In this document: positions 28,306-37,614 of the stretch, piece by piece | Layout: each line of letters starts with the position of its first letter | Position numbering within the stretch: position 1 is the first letter of the stretch | Source of the DNA: Gemmatimonadales bacterium | Lineage (GTDB): Bacteria; Gemmatimonadota; Gemmatimonadetes; Gemmatimonadales; GWC2-71-9 | Direction: 5' to 3' | Length of the DNA: 64,000 nucleotides | Assembly (NCBI GenBank): GCA_036501385.1 | Contig: DASYAK010000013.1 | Location: forward strand, 21,023-85,022 | Position numbers and translations under genes: made by a program | Notes under the pieces: model-generated | Seen by the model: only the letters and a program-made list of their open reading frames with translations | Databases searched by the model: none | Told to the model about the DNA's origin: nothing

Positions 28306-30045
28306 TTAATATCCCGCCGGCTTCCCGCCGCCTCTGGGATCACTCACGCCCTGCCATCCGTCCGGGGTGCGGATGATCGCCTGGACATCGCCGCCGCCCT
28401 TGGTGCGCACCGTGTGACCCATCGCCTTGAGCGAATCGATCAACGCCATGGTGAAGCCGCCGTTGTCGAGATCGATCTCATCGGGAAGGCCCTGATGATG
28501 GGTGCGCGGAGCGGCCACGGCATCGGGTAGCGACATCCCGTGGTCGATCACATTGCTGATGACGTGATAGACCTGGGTAATGATCGTCGGTCCGCCGGGC
28601 GTACCGACGACCATATCGAGCTTCCCCGACGGGTCGAGGACGATCGACGGCGTCATCGCCGAGAGCATCCGCTTTCCGGGCTTGATCGCGTTGATCTCGC
28701 CCTGGACCAGTCCGAACATGTTGGGCTTGCCGGGGACAGTGGCGAAATCGTCCATCTCGTCGTTCATGAGGAAGCCGGCGCCGGTGACGAGGACGGCCGA
28801 ACCATACGAATCGTTGAGCGTCGTGGTGGTCGAGACCGCGTCGCCATCGGCGTCGACGACCGAGTAGTGCGTCGTGCTCGGGCCATCCTTGATTGACGGG
28901 TCGAACGGGGGCGTGGGGGTGGCGTGGTTCACGTCGATCGTCTTCCGCACCTCCGCCGCATACTCCTTCGACTCCATCTTCGCGAGCATGGGGAGCTTTT
29001 CGAAATCGGGATCTCCCAGATACCGATTGCGATCGGAGAAGGCGCGGCGCATCGCCTCGGCCTCACGATGAACCAGTGCCGTCGAACCGAACGGCGGGAG
29101 GGGTCCGAACCCCTCCATGATGTTGAGGATCATCGCGAGGGTGGGGCCGCCCGACGATGACGGTGGCATCGAGAAGATGGTGTAGCCGCGATAGGTCACC
29201 TTGACAGGCTCGCGCCACTTGGGCTGGTACGACGCGAGATCGGCTTCGGTGACGATGCCGCCATCGCGCCGCATCTCATCGGCGATGTCCTTGGCAACCC
29301 ATCCCTTGTAGAAGCCGTCACGTCCCTTGTCGCGAATCGCCTCGAGGGTGCGGGCAAGGTCGGGCTGCTTGAGCAGTGCGCCCGGCGCCGGCGGTGCGCC
29401 ATCGATCGAGTACTGCGCCAGGGCGGCAGGCGAGTACTGCTTGAAGCGTCGCGCGGCGCTGGTAAGCGACCGCGCATGGAACGAGTCGACGACGAACCCG
29501 TCACGCGCGAGGCGGATCGCCGGGTCGAGCACCTTCGCGAGCGACAAGCGGCCGAAACGCTTCTCGGCTGCAAGCATTCCCGCCACCGACCCCGGGATCC
29601 CCGATGCGAGTGCTCCCGAAATGCTCTTGCCCGGGATCGCCTTGCCGGTGGAATCGAGGTACATGTTGCGCGTGGCGGCCGCCGGTGCGGTCTCGCGATA
29701 ATCGAGCGCGTAGGTCTTGCCGTCTTTCATCCGGATCATCATGAATCCGCCGCCGCCGATATTCCCCGCTTCGGGGTGTGTCACCTCGAGGGCGAATCCG
29801 GTGGCGACCGCCGCGTCGACTGCGTTGCCACCCGCCTTGAGGATGTCGCGGCCGACTTCGCTTGCGATGGCACTTCCCGACGCCACCATCCCGTGCGTCC
29901 CCGTGGCGACTCGCGCCTTGCCCGCGTAACGCCAGGTCGGCGAAACGTTGACCGACTGGCTCGCCTGGGCTTGCGCGATCGAGGCGAAGGCGGCGAGCAG
30001 CACGATGGCTAGCGCGGACGCGCGGCGAGCGTGGGTGAACGGCAT
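28306..30045 (-). CDS. ggt: gamma-glutamyltranspeptidase
   Basis: 579 aa with a signal peptide. The autoprocessing site is GPSTTHYSVVD, and GGGFMMI and MDDF motifs are present. Confidence 0.95.
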   Translation of the reverse strand: MPFTHARRASALAIVLLAAFASIAQAQASQSVNVSPTWRYAGKARVATGTHGMVASGSAIASEVGRDILKAGGNAVDAAVATGFALEVTHPEAGNIGGGGFMMIRMKDGKTYALDYRETAPAAATRNMYLDSTGKAIPGKSISGALASGIPGSVAGMLAAEKRFGRLSLAKVLDPAIRLARDGFVVDSFHARSLTSAARRFKQYSPAALAQYSIDGAPPAPGALLKQPDLARTLEAIRDKGRDGFYKGWVAKDIADEMRRDGGIVTEADLASYQPKWREPVKVTYRGYTIFSMPPSSSGGPTLAMILNIMEGFGPLPPFGSTALVHREAEAMRRAFSDRNRYLGDPDFEKLPMLAKMESKEYAAEVRKTIDVNHATPTPPFDPSIKDGPSTTHYSVVDADGDAVSTTTTLNDSYGSAVLVTGAGFLMNDEMDDFATVPGKPNMFGLVQGEINAIKPGKRMLSAMTPSIVLDPSGKLDMVVGTPGGPTIITQVYHVISNVIDHGMSLPDAVAAPRTHHQGLPDEIDLDNGGFTMALIDSLKAMGHTVRTKGGGDVQAIIRTPDGWQGVSDPRGGGKPAGY

Positions 30046-30142
30046 GGGGACCTCACGGCAGCGGAATGAGATGGCGAATAGTAGCAGCGAGCGCCCCTAT
30101 ATTGCTCCCGGATTCGTGCAGCTTCCCGCTCACCGGGGCGCC

Positions 30143-31069
30143 ATGACATCACCCACCGAACCCCTCCGCGCCACCGAGCGGCGCAATCCGCGGTCGGCCG
30201 ACATCGACACCTACGACCCGCTGCAGCTGGTCGATCTCTTTGTTGCCGAGGACAGCACCGTCGCCCCGGCCGTGGGGCGCGCCCGCGAATCGGTGGCGGC
30301 CGCGATCGTCCTCATTGAAAAGGCGTTCCGGGACGACGGCCGGCTCTTCTATGTCGGGGCGGGCACCTCGGGCCGCCTCGGCGTCCTCGACGCGTCGGAG
30401 TGTCCACCGACATTCGGCACGCCGCCCAGGATGGTCGAGGGGATCATCGCCGGCGGTACCCCAGCGCTGGTTCAATCGGTCGAAGGCGCGGAGGATGATG
30501 CCGAAGACGGCGCCGCCGCGATCGGCAGGCACGGGATCGGGCCGCGAGACGTGGTGGTCGGGATCGCGGCAAGCGGGACGACGCCGTTCGTGCACGGCGC
30601 ACTGGTCGCGGCGCACGAAGTCGGTGCCCGCACCATCTTCTTCACCTGCGCCGAGCCGCCGTCGGCGATCCGCAAATCGGCCGATCTGATCATCCACGTC
30701 GACGTGGGTCCCGAACTCATCACCGGGTCGACGCGACTCAAGGCCGGTACGGCGACGAAGCTGGTGCTCAACATGCTGACTACGGGCGCACTGGTCCGGA
30801 TCGGGAAGACTTACGGCAATCTGATGGTCGATCTCAACGCCACCAATGCGAAACTGCGCGACCGCGGCGAGCGGATCGTGATGCAAGTCCTCGGCGTGAC
30901 GCGTGATGTGGCGCGAGATGCCATTGCGCGGGCCAATGGAAGCGTGCGCACGGCGATCGTGATGCTGCACGAGCGGGTCGATGCCGCCGGCGCGACGGAA
31001 CGGCTCGACGCGGCCGACCGCCGGCTGCGCGCCATCGTCGGCCCGCCGCCAATCGGAGATTCCCGGTGA
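30143..31069 (+). CDS. murQ: N-acetylmuramic acid 6-phosphate etherase
   Basis: 308 aa from the ATG at 30143. It has the SIS-domain pattern GAGTSGRLGVLDASECPPTFG, GIAASGTTP and GSTRLKAGTATKLVLNM. Confidence 0.9.
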   Translation: MTSPTEPLRATERRNPRSADIDTYDPLQLVDLFVAEDSTVAPAVGRARESVAAAIVLIEKAFRDDGRLFYVGAGTSGRLGVLDASECPPTFGTPPRMVEGIIAGGTPALVQSVEGAEDDAEDGAAAIGRHGIGPRDVVVGIAASGTTPFVHGALVAAHEVGARTIFFTCAEPPSAIRKSADLIIHVDVGPELITGSTRLKAGTATKLVLNMLTTGALVRIGKTYGNLMVDLNATNAKLRDRGERIVMQVLGVTRDVARDAIARANGSVRTAIVMLHERVDAAGATERLDAADRRLRAIVGPPPIGDSR

Positions 31070-32175
31070 GCGAAGAACCAATGATCGTCGTGGGCCTGAT
31101 GTCGGGGACATCGCTCGACGGGATGGACGCGGCGGTGGTGCGGGTGCGCGGCCCGACGCGCCTCGAGCTGATCGGCTTCGCGCATCGCCCGTACACGGTG
31201 GCCGAACGCGGCCGGATCGAAGCGGTGCTGGGCGGCGCCGGAATCGGCGAAACCGCGCGCTTGCATACCGCGCTCGCCGACTGGGCGGTCGATGCCGTCG
31301 AGGTCGCGCTGGAGTTGTCGCACGTTCGCGCCGACGCGGTGGCTGCTATCGCGTTTCCGGGGCAGACGATCTGGCATGAGCCGCCGCTGGTGAGCTGGCA
31401 GCTTGGCGAGCCGGCGCTTCTCGCCGAGCGCTTCGGCGTCAAGGTGATCCACAACTTCCGCGCCCGGGACGTGGCCGCCGGCGGACAAGGAGCGCCGCTC
31501 GTCCCGGTGGTCGACGCCCTCTGCTTCGGCGCCACCGACCATCCTCGCATCCTCCTCAACCTTGGCGGAATGGCCAATGTGACGTGGGTGCGCCGCCGTG
31601 CCGATCTCGATTCGGTCGTTGCCGCCGACACCGGCCCCGGAATGGCGATCATCGATGCCGTAGCGCGCCTGGTCAATCCCGCCCTCACCTTTGACGACGA
31701 CGGCGCCCTCGCCGAACAGGGTCACGTCGACGAGTCAGTGCTGGCCGAACTGCTCCAGGCGCCGTTCTTCGCCGCGGCGCCGCCGCGCAGCACCGGGCGC
31801 GAACTCTTCGGGCAGCGTTATGCGGCGGAGTTGCATCGCCGCGTCCCGGGCCCCGATGGCGTGAGCACCGCGGTGGCACTCACCGTGGAAAGCGTGGCGA
31901 GGTTCTGCGAGACGCATCTTCCCGAGGCACCGGAAGTCGTGGCGGCGGGTGGTGGGACGCAGCATCCGGTGGTGATGCGAATGCTCGCAGCCCGCTTCGC
32001 CGCGCGAGGAATGGAGCTCCGGCGCTTCGACGATCTCTTCTTTGCATCGCAGGCCAAGGAGGCGGCCGCGTTTGCATTGATGGGATGGCTGACGCTGCAC
32101 GGACAGCCGGGGAACGTTCCGAGTGCTACTGGAGCGGATGGCCCGCGCGTCCTCGGATCGATTACCCCGCCCTGA
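31066..32175 (+). CDS. anmK: anhydro-N-acetylmuramic acid kinase
   Basis: 369 aa. GLMSGTSLDGMDAAVV, DVAAGGQGAPLVP and NLGGMANV are present. The start overlaps the murQ stop. Confidence 0.9.
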   Translation: MSEEPMIVVGLMSGTSLDGMDAAVVRVRGPTRLELIGFAHRPYTVAERGRIEAVLGGAGIGETARLHTALADWAVDAVEVALELSHVRADAVAAIAFPGQTIWHEPPLVSWQLGEPALLAERFGVKVIHNFRARDVAAGGQGAPLVPVVDALCFGATDHPRILLNLGGMANVTWVRRRADLDSVVAADTGPGMAIIDAVARLVNPALTFDDDGALAEQGHVDESVLAELLQAPFFAAAPPRSTGRELFGQRYAAELHRRVPGPDGVSTAVALTVESVARFCETHLPEAPEVVAAGGGTQHPVVMRMLAARFAARGMELRRFDDLFFASQAKEAAAFALMGWLTLHGQPGNVPSATGADGPRVLGSITPP

Positions 32176-32178
32176 TGG

Positions 32179-32193
32179 GGCGAAGTTTTCGCC
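32179..32193. terminator. short hairpin between convergent anmK and the PP2C gene
   Basis: The sequence is GGCGAA-GTT-TTCGCC, a 6-bp stem with a 3-nt loop, within a 32-nt spacer. It is weak. Confidence 0.2.
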
Positions 32194-32207
32194 GCGAACC
32201 GGCGGGA

Positions 32208-33128
32208 TCAGCGCCGGAGAAAGAGGGCGATGGCGATCAGCCCCATGACGACGGCAAGCGCGGTCAGCGCCACGCCAGTGGGCGATCCACCGCGCAATGG
32301 CTGCGGCGGGATTTCGATGGGACGCGCCACGGCTGGCATCGCGGCTGTGGGCTGGAGCGCCGGGCGTTCGGCCGAGGTGACGAGTTCGTGATACCCCGGT
32401 TCGTCGCTGGCTGTTTCGGGGAGGCCATCGCCGTCGAAACGAACCACCAGGACCGTGATATTGTCGGGACCGCCGCGTTCATTGGCCAGGTCCACCAGCC
32501 GACGGCAGATTGCGGCCAGGTCCGGCTCCTCGGCGACAGCGCGGGCGAGGTCGTCGCGGCGCACCACATTGGACAGCCCGTCGCTGCATATGATGAGGGA
32601 ATCGCCGCGCTGGAGCGGCTGCCAGCTCAGGTCGACCTTGATCAGGGCGTCGGGGCCGAGCGCCTGAAGAATGATGTTGCGGCGCTCGCTTGCCTCGGCC
32701 TGTTCCTCGGTGATTTCGCCGACGTCGACCAGGCGTTGAGTGAGCGACTGGTCGCGAGTGAGTTGCCGCGCCTCGCCGCCGCGCACGAGGTAGCCGCGCG
32801 AGTCGCCAATCTGCGCGAGATAGAGCCGGTCGCGCCAGAGTCCCGCGACAGTCGCCGTGGTTCCCATGCCGCGGACCTCGGGGTGTTCGCGGGCATAGTT
32901 GTGGATCTGGAGGTTGGCGAGTTCGACCGATTCCTTGAGACGATGGGCGAAGCGGTCCTCGGTGAGTTGCTTGTCGCTGCGCCAGGTGTCGATGAGGTAG
33001 CGGTGGATACCGGTCGCGGCCATTTCGCTGGCGACTTCACCGGCGGCGGCACCACCCATTCCGTCGGCGACGAGATAGAGCGCGCCGCGTTCGCCCACGT
33101 CCGAATCGGCGGTTCGCGACTCACGCAC
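32208..33128 (-). CDS. PP2C-family Ser/Thr protein phosphatase with C-terminal membrane anchor (coordinates to the first canonical start; the domain extends upstream)
   Basis: LVADGMGGAAAGEVAS, GMGTT, SDGL and DNITV are PP2C motifs. The C-terminal TM is GVALTALAVVMGLIAIALFL. The same frame stays open to 33323 and encodes SYFALTDRGRTRDHNEDTF (PP2C motif 1) upstream of the GTG at 33128. Confidence 0.85.
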   Translation of the reverse strand: MRESRTADSDVGERGALYLVADGMGGAAAGEVASEMAATGIHRYLIDTWRSDKQLTEDRFAHRLKESVELANLQIHNYAREHPEVRGMGTTATVAGLWRDRLYLAQIGDSRGYLVRGGEARQLTRDQSLTQRLVDVGEITEEQAEASERRNIILQALGPDALIKVDLSWQPLQRGDSLIICSDGLSNVVRRDDLARAVAEEPDLAAICRRLVDLANERGGPDNITVLVVRFDGDGLPETASDEPGYHELVTSAERPALQPTAAMPAVARPIEIPPQPLRGGSPTGVALTALAVVMGLIAIALFLRR

Positions 33129-33317
33129 CGCCGTCGTGGCGCCAAGATCCGCAATGAGGAAGGTGTCCTCATTGTGGTCCCTGGTCCGACCGCGGTCGGT
33201 GAGCGCGAAGTACGAAGCGCGGACGTGGGGCGTGGCGTCACTCCGGGTCGGGGCGTCCTTGCTGAAGGCGGGAAGATAGGAACCACACCGGGAGGCGGCA
33301 ACCCGAATGGACTGTAA

Positions 33318-35222
33318 GTGACGTCATTCACGAAGCTTACGGGCGTGGTCGCGGCCGTCGCGCTGGGCGTCGGCACCGCCTGCGCGCAGCAGACGCCCGA
33401 TTCATTGCCGCCGGTCCCCCCGGTTCATGGCGCGCTGCACATCGTGGTCGCGTATCCGCAACCCGGTACAGCGCTCGACGTCGGCGACTCGATTTTCCTC
33501 TTCGGAACCGTGGGCAACGGAGACGCCAGCCTCACGGTGGCGGGACAACTGGCCCACGTCGCCCCGAATGGCGCCTGGGTCGCCTGGATCGCCATTCCCG
33601 GTGATTCCACGTTCACCCTTCCCATCGTCGCCCGGCTCGGTCGCGATTCGGCGTCGTCGTCGCTGCGACTGGTTCGCGCCGGCTGGGTGCGTGAGACCGG
33701 CGCCTGGGTCGACCGGCAGTCGCTCTCGCCGACCGGTGATATCTGGATGCCACGCGATGAGCCACTGCCACTCACCGTCAGGGCGGCGCCCGGATCGACC
33801 GTGCGGCTTCTGATGATCGACGGCTCGTTTATTCGCTTCGCCGCGGACTCAATCCCCGCCCCTGTGCGCGAAGGCATTCGCGCCTTCGATCACGACGAAC
33901 GCAACTTCGAACGACCGGTGCGCGATGACCGGTATGTCGCGACGCTGCGAGGCGCGGTCAATCCCGCGCTGCGCGGTGACGTCGGTGCGCCGATGCAGGC
34001 CGGCACCAGCAGAACATCGCCGGTTCTCGAAGTCATCCACGCCGGCGACACGACGCGGGTAGGGTGGCCGCTCAGCGTGACACGAGAGACCACTGGTCCG
34101 ATCTCCGTCGTGCTGTCGAACGATTCGAGCGCCACAGACCATACCACGATCGGCCGCGCGTATCCCGGCGGGACCTATACCTGGTTTTTCGCGCCGGGAA
34201 CGCGCACCCGGGTCGACGGGGCGATCAACGACGAAGTGCGCCTGACCCTTTCACGGGAATCGGTCGCATGGGTCCCGAGGAGTGACGCACATCCGGCGGC
34301 AGCCGCCGACGACGCGCGTCACGCGATCATGGGCTCTCCCGTCCTGACATCAACCGGCTACGGCGCGAGGCTGCGGATTCCGCTCACGCGCGCGGTTCCA
34401 TCGCAAGTGGAAGAATCGGACCGCGGTGTCGTCATCCGGCTCTTCAACGCCGTGTCGAACGTCAACTGGATTCGCTACGGAGCCAACCAGCGTTTCGTCT
34501 CGCTGGTGACACCACGCCAGGAAACGGCCGACGTCGTGGCACTCGAGATCGCCTTCGACCAGCCGCTCTGGGGATGGCGAAGTCACATCGAAGGGACCGA
34601 CCTGATCTATGAATTCCGCCAGCCGCCGCAGATCGATTCGCTCCATCCGCTGGCTGGCCGCCGCATCGTGATCGATCCGGGACATCCGCCCAACGGCGCG
34701 TGTGGTCCTACCGGGCTCTGTGAACCGGAGGCCAATCTCGCTGTCGCACTCGTGGTGCGGGACGAACTCGCGGCCGCCGGCGCCGACGTGCGCCTCACCC
34801 GCACCGACAGTCGTCCCGTGTCGCTCGGCGCACGGGTGGCGTTCGCCGATTCGGTCGACGCCGAAATGCTGGTGTCGATTCACCAGAACGCACTCCCCGA
34901 TGGGCTCAATCCGTTCACCAACAGCGGGACGGCCACCTATTTCAATCATCCGCAGTCGCTTCCCCTGGCGCGCGCCGTTCAGCGGCGCCTGGTATCGCAT
35001 CTCAAGCTCCCCGACCTGGCGGTCACTCGCGGCGACCTCGCCCTGGTGCGCCCGACCTGGTACCCGGCGATTCTGACCGAGGGGCTCTTCCTGATGTTTC
35101 CCGACCAGGAGAACGCCTTGCGGACCGTGCAGGGGCAGCGCGCCTACGCGGCCGGGATCGTCGAAGGAATCACCGACTTTCTCGATGGCGTGCGCGCCTC
35201 CAGGGGGCGTGAGAGACCCTAG
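33318..35222 (+). CDS. N-acetylmuramoyl-L-alanine amidase (Amidase_3 / AmiC-type) with a long N-terminal domain
   Basis: 634 aa with a GTG start and the signal peptide MTSFTKLTGVVAAVALGVGTACAQ. The C-terminal pattern is VIDPGHPP...EANLAVALVVRDELAAAGADVRLTR...ADSVDAEMLVSIHQNA...GTATYF. Confidence 0.8.
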   Translation: MTSFTKLTGVVAAVALGVGTACAQQTPDSLPPVPPVHGALHIVVAYPQPGTALDVGDSIFLFGTVGNGDASLTVAGQLAHVAPNGAWVAWIAIPGDSTFTLPIVARLGRDSASSSLRLVRAGWVRETGAWVDRQSLSPTGDIWMPRDEPLPLTVRAAPGSTVRLLMIDGSFIRFAADSIPAPVREGIRAFDHDERNFERPVRDDRYVATLRGAVNPALRGDVGAPMQAGTSRTSPVLEVIHAGDTTRVGWPLSVTRETTGPISVVLSNDSSATDHTTIGRAYPGGTYTWFFAPGTRTRVDGAINDEVRLTLSRESVAWVPRSDAHPAAAADDARHAIMGSPVLTSTGYGARLRIPLTRAVPSQVEESDRGVVIRLFNAVSNVNWIRYGANQRFVSLVTPRQETADVVALEIAFDQPLWGWRSHIEGTDLIYEFRQPPQIDSLHPLAGRRIVIDPGHPPNGACGPTGLCEPEANLAVALVVRDELAAAGADVRLTRTDSRPVSLGARVAFADSVDAEMLVSIHQNALPDGLNPFTNSGTATYFNHPQSLPLARAVQRRLVSHLKLPDLAVTRGDLALVRPTWYPAILTEGLFLMFPDQENALRTVQGQRAYAAGIVEGITDFLDGVRASRGRERP

Positions 35223-35263
35223 CGGCTGCGGGCCAGCCTCGAACGGGGCGCATAGATTGGATA

Positions 35264-37591
35264 ATGGGTTTGCGTCCCGGCGGCTGGTTGCTGACTGCCC
35301 TCTTCATGATGCCGGTGATCGCTGCGCCGGCCCAATCGACCGCCCAGCGCGCCGAAATCGAGACGTTCCGCGACTCACTTGCGGCGGTCAACGATTCGGT
35401 TTCCCTGCTGGCCGCCGAGAAGCACCTGATTGCGCATGCCAGCCGCGAACTGCGCGACAGTGCCATGGCGCATTTGCGGCTCGGATTCCTCGCATTGCGA
35501 CTCGGCGATGTAGCCGGCCACAAGCATTACGAAGACGCCGCATCAGAATTCCAGTGGGCGGTCGATCTCCAATCCCGGTGGCCGTACGGATGGTTCGGAC
35601 TCGGTCTCGCCGAGCTCGGAGTCGGTGACTCGCCCATGCCCCTCATTCGGGGACTGCAGAACGCGCTGGGGCGGGACGCGCTGACTCGATCGGCCACAGA
35701 CTTTGCCAGGAGTGCCGACGTCGATCCGGCGTTCGTGCGTGGCCTGGTGGAGCTCAGCAACACGGCGCTGCGCCAGCGGATCAACGTCCGGCTGAATGTG
35801 GCCCTCGACGCGCTCCGCCACGCAGCGGCGACGCCGGCCGGTCACAATCCCGAGGTGCTGCTGGCGCGAGCGCGGATCGAGCGCGAGGTTGGCTCGGCCG
35901 ACTCCGCGCTGGCCGCAGCCGACGAACTCGTGGCACTTCGTCCCGACGACGCAGCGGCCCTCCTCGAACAGTCGCGTGCTCGCTTCCGCCTTGGCCGTCG
36001 CGACGGCGGCGATCCATGGTACCGTGGCCTGGCGATCGCCGACCCGGCGACCGTGGCACTCTATCGCAGCGACGTACAGTTCATCCTTCCCGACAGCACG
36101 CTCCGGGCATTCGACGCGGCCGCGGATCCCGCGCGAGTCACCCTGCTGCGGCGTTTCTGGAACCTGCGCGACCGCGACGAGCTGCATCTCCCCGGTGAGA
36201 GGCTGGTGGAACATTACCGGCGGCTCGAATACGCGCGGCGCACCTATCGCGTCGCGTCAACGCACCGGCACTACGACATCATCGAGCGCTACCGTCCGCC
36301 CACAGTGGACTACGACGATCGCGGCGTGGTGTATATCCGCCAGGGTGCTCCGGACGATCGGGCGTCGCTGGAACTTCCCGGCGTTCCGTTCAACGAGTCG
36401 TGGGTCTATCATCGCCCGGGCGGCGATCTTCTCTTCCACTTCGTGGCACAGGAGGGGGTCACCGATTTTCGACTCGTCGAAAGCGCGCTCGACGTGGTCG
36501 GTTACGCCAACGCGGTGCGGCTCGAGAATTCCGGCGATCTACAGGGGACCGAACTGCCGCTGCCGGCACGGATCGGCGCCCGGCAGGTTCGCATCAGCAG
36601 CGACAGCGCGTCGAAGCTTCGTCAGCGTGCCAGCGATGCGGCGCTGTCGCAGCTCGCCGAGCAGATCGTCAGGTCGCGCCAGAATCTCTCCCCCATCTAC
36701 CAGCGAATGCTCGCGTCAGGGCGGGGGAGCGCCTCGGGACTCGAGGCCGAAGAGCGCGACATCGGCAGGCGCAGCATCCGTATCGGGACGTCGACCGACA
36801 GCTGGCCGCTGCGATATTCAACCGCGCTTCCCGTTGCCGCGCAGGTGCTGGCCATTGGCGGTGACAGCACGACGTCGATCGTCCAGGTCGCGTACGCGGT
36901 TCCGGTCGATGCAATCGCAGCGGCACACGCCGATTCCACATCCTCGCTGCGAATCCGGGCGTCGATTCTGGGAACCGACGGTTCGATTGCCGCGACTGCC
37001 GATACATCAGTGGGCCCGGTGGGCGGACTGGCAATCGACCCGGCCCGCGAGCGGATCGGAGTGATAGCGCTCCCGGTCATGTCGGGCCATTACACTGTTC
37101 GGGTTGGGTTCGAACTTGGCCGCGCCGGAGCGGTCAGCACCCGCGACACCATCGATGTTTCTTCCGGCCGGGATACCACGCTGGCGCTCTCGGACGTGGC
37201 CCTCGGTGCGCGGAGCGTTCCCGTCTGGGGAAAGGGCCGCCGGGGTGACACGGTATGGATCAATCCGGGCGCGCAATTCCGGATCGCCGAGCCGCTGGAG
37301 CTGTATTTTGAGGTGAACGGTGTTCCGCGCGGCGCGTCTTACCGCTATGAAGTCAAGGTGACCCACCCGGGCGCGAAATCGTTGTTGAGTCCGCTGCTGC
37401 GATTGTTCGGCAAGGGGAGCTACGACTTCCGTGCGGCCACCACCCAGCGTGGGACGGGCTCGACCGACGTAGTGCACTTCGGCATCGACCTCTCCAACCA
37501 CAATCCGGGAAAGTACCTTTTGCAGGTGACGGTCTCGTCGGGTGGTCATGAAAGGACAAGCCGACGCCAGGAATTCGTGCTGATGCGATAG
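35264..37591 (+). CDS. secreted GWxTD-like domain protein, paralogue 1 of 4
   Basis: 775 aa with a signal peptide ending APAQ. Motifs include HLRLGFLALRL, EFQWAVDLQSRWPYGWFGLG, RRFWNLRDRD, EHYRRLEYARR, DDRGVVYIRQGAPDD and NESWVYHRPGGDLLFHF. The C-terminal block is LSDVALGARSVP...LYFEVNGV. Confidence 0.6.
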   Translation: MGLRPGGWLLTALFMMPVIAAPAQSTAQRAEIETFRDSLAAVNDSVSLLAAEKHLIAHASRELRDSAMAHLRLGFLALRLGDVAGHKHYEDAASEFQWAVDLQSRWPYGWFGLGLAELGVGDSPMPLIRGLQNALGRDALTRSATDFARSADVDPAFVRGLVELSNTALRQRINVRLNVALDALRHAAATPAGHNPEVLLARARIEREVGSADSALAAADELVALRPDDAAALLEQSRARFRLGRRDGGDPWYRGLAIADPATVALYRSDVQFILPDSTLRAFDAAADPARVTLLRRFWNLRDRDELHLPGERLVEHYRRLEYARRTYRVASTHRHYDIIERYRPPTVDYDDRGVVYIRQGAPDDRASLELPGVPFNESWVYHRPGGDLLFHFVAQEGVTDFRLVESALDVVGYANAVRLENSGDLQGTELPLPARIGARQVRISSDSASKLRQRASDAALSQLAEQIVRSRQNLSPIYQRMLASGRGSASGLEAEERDIGRRSIRIGTSTDSWPLRYSTALPVAAQVLAIGGDSTTSIVQVAYAVPVDAIAAAHADSTSSLRIRASILGTDGSIAATADTSVGPVGGLAIDPARERIGVIALPVMSGHYTVRVGFELGRAGAVSTRDTIDVSSGRDTTLALSDVALGARSVPVWGKGRRGDTVWINPGAQFRIAEPLELYFEVNGVPRGASYRYEVKVTHPGAKSLLSPLLRLFGKGSYDFRAATTQRGTGSTDVVHFGIDLSNHNPGKYLLQVTVSSGGHERTSRRQEFVLMR

Positions 37592-37614
37592 CGGTAGGTC
37601 GGACTGCTGCCCGG

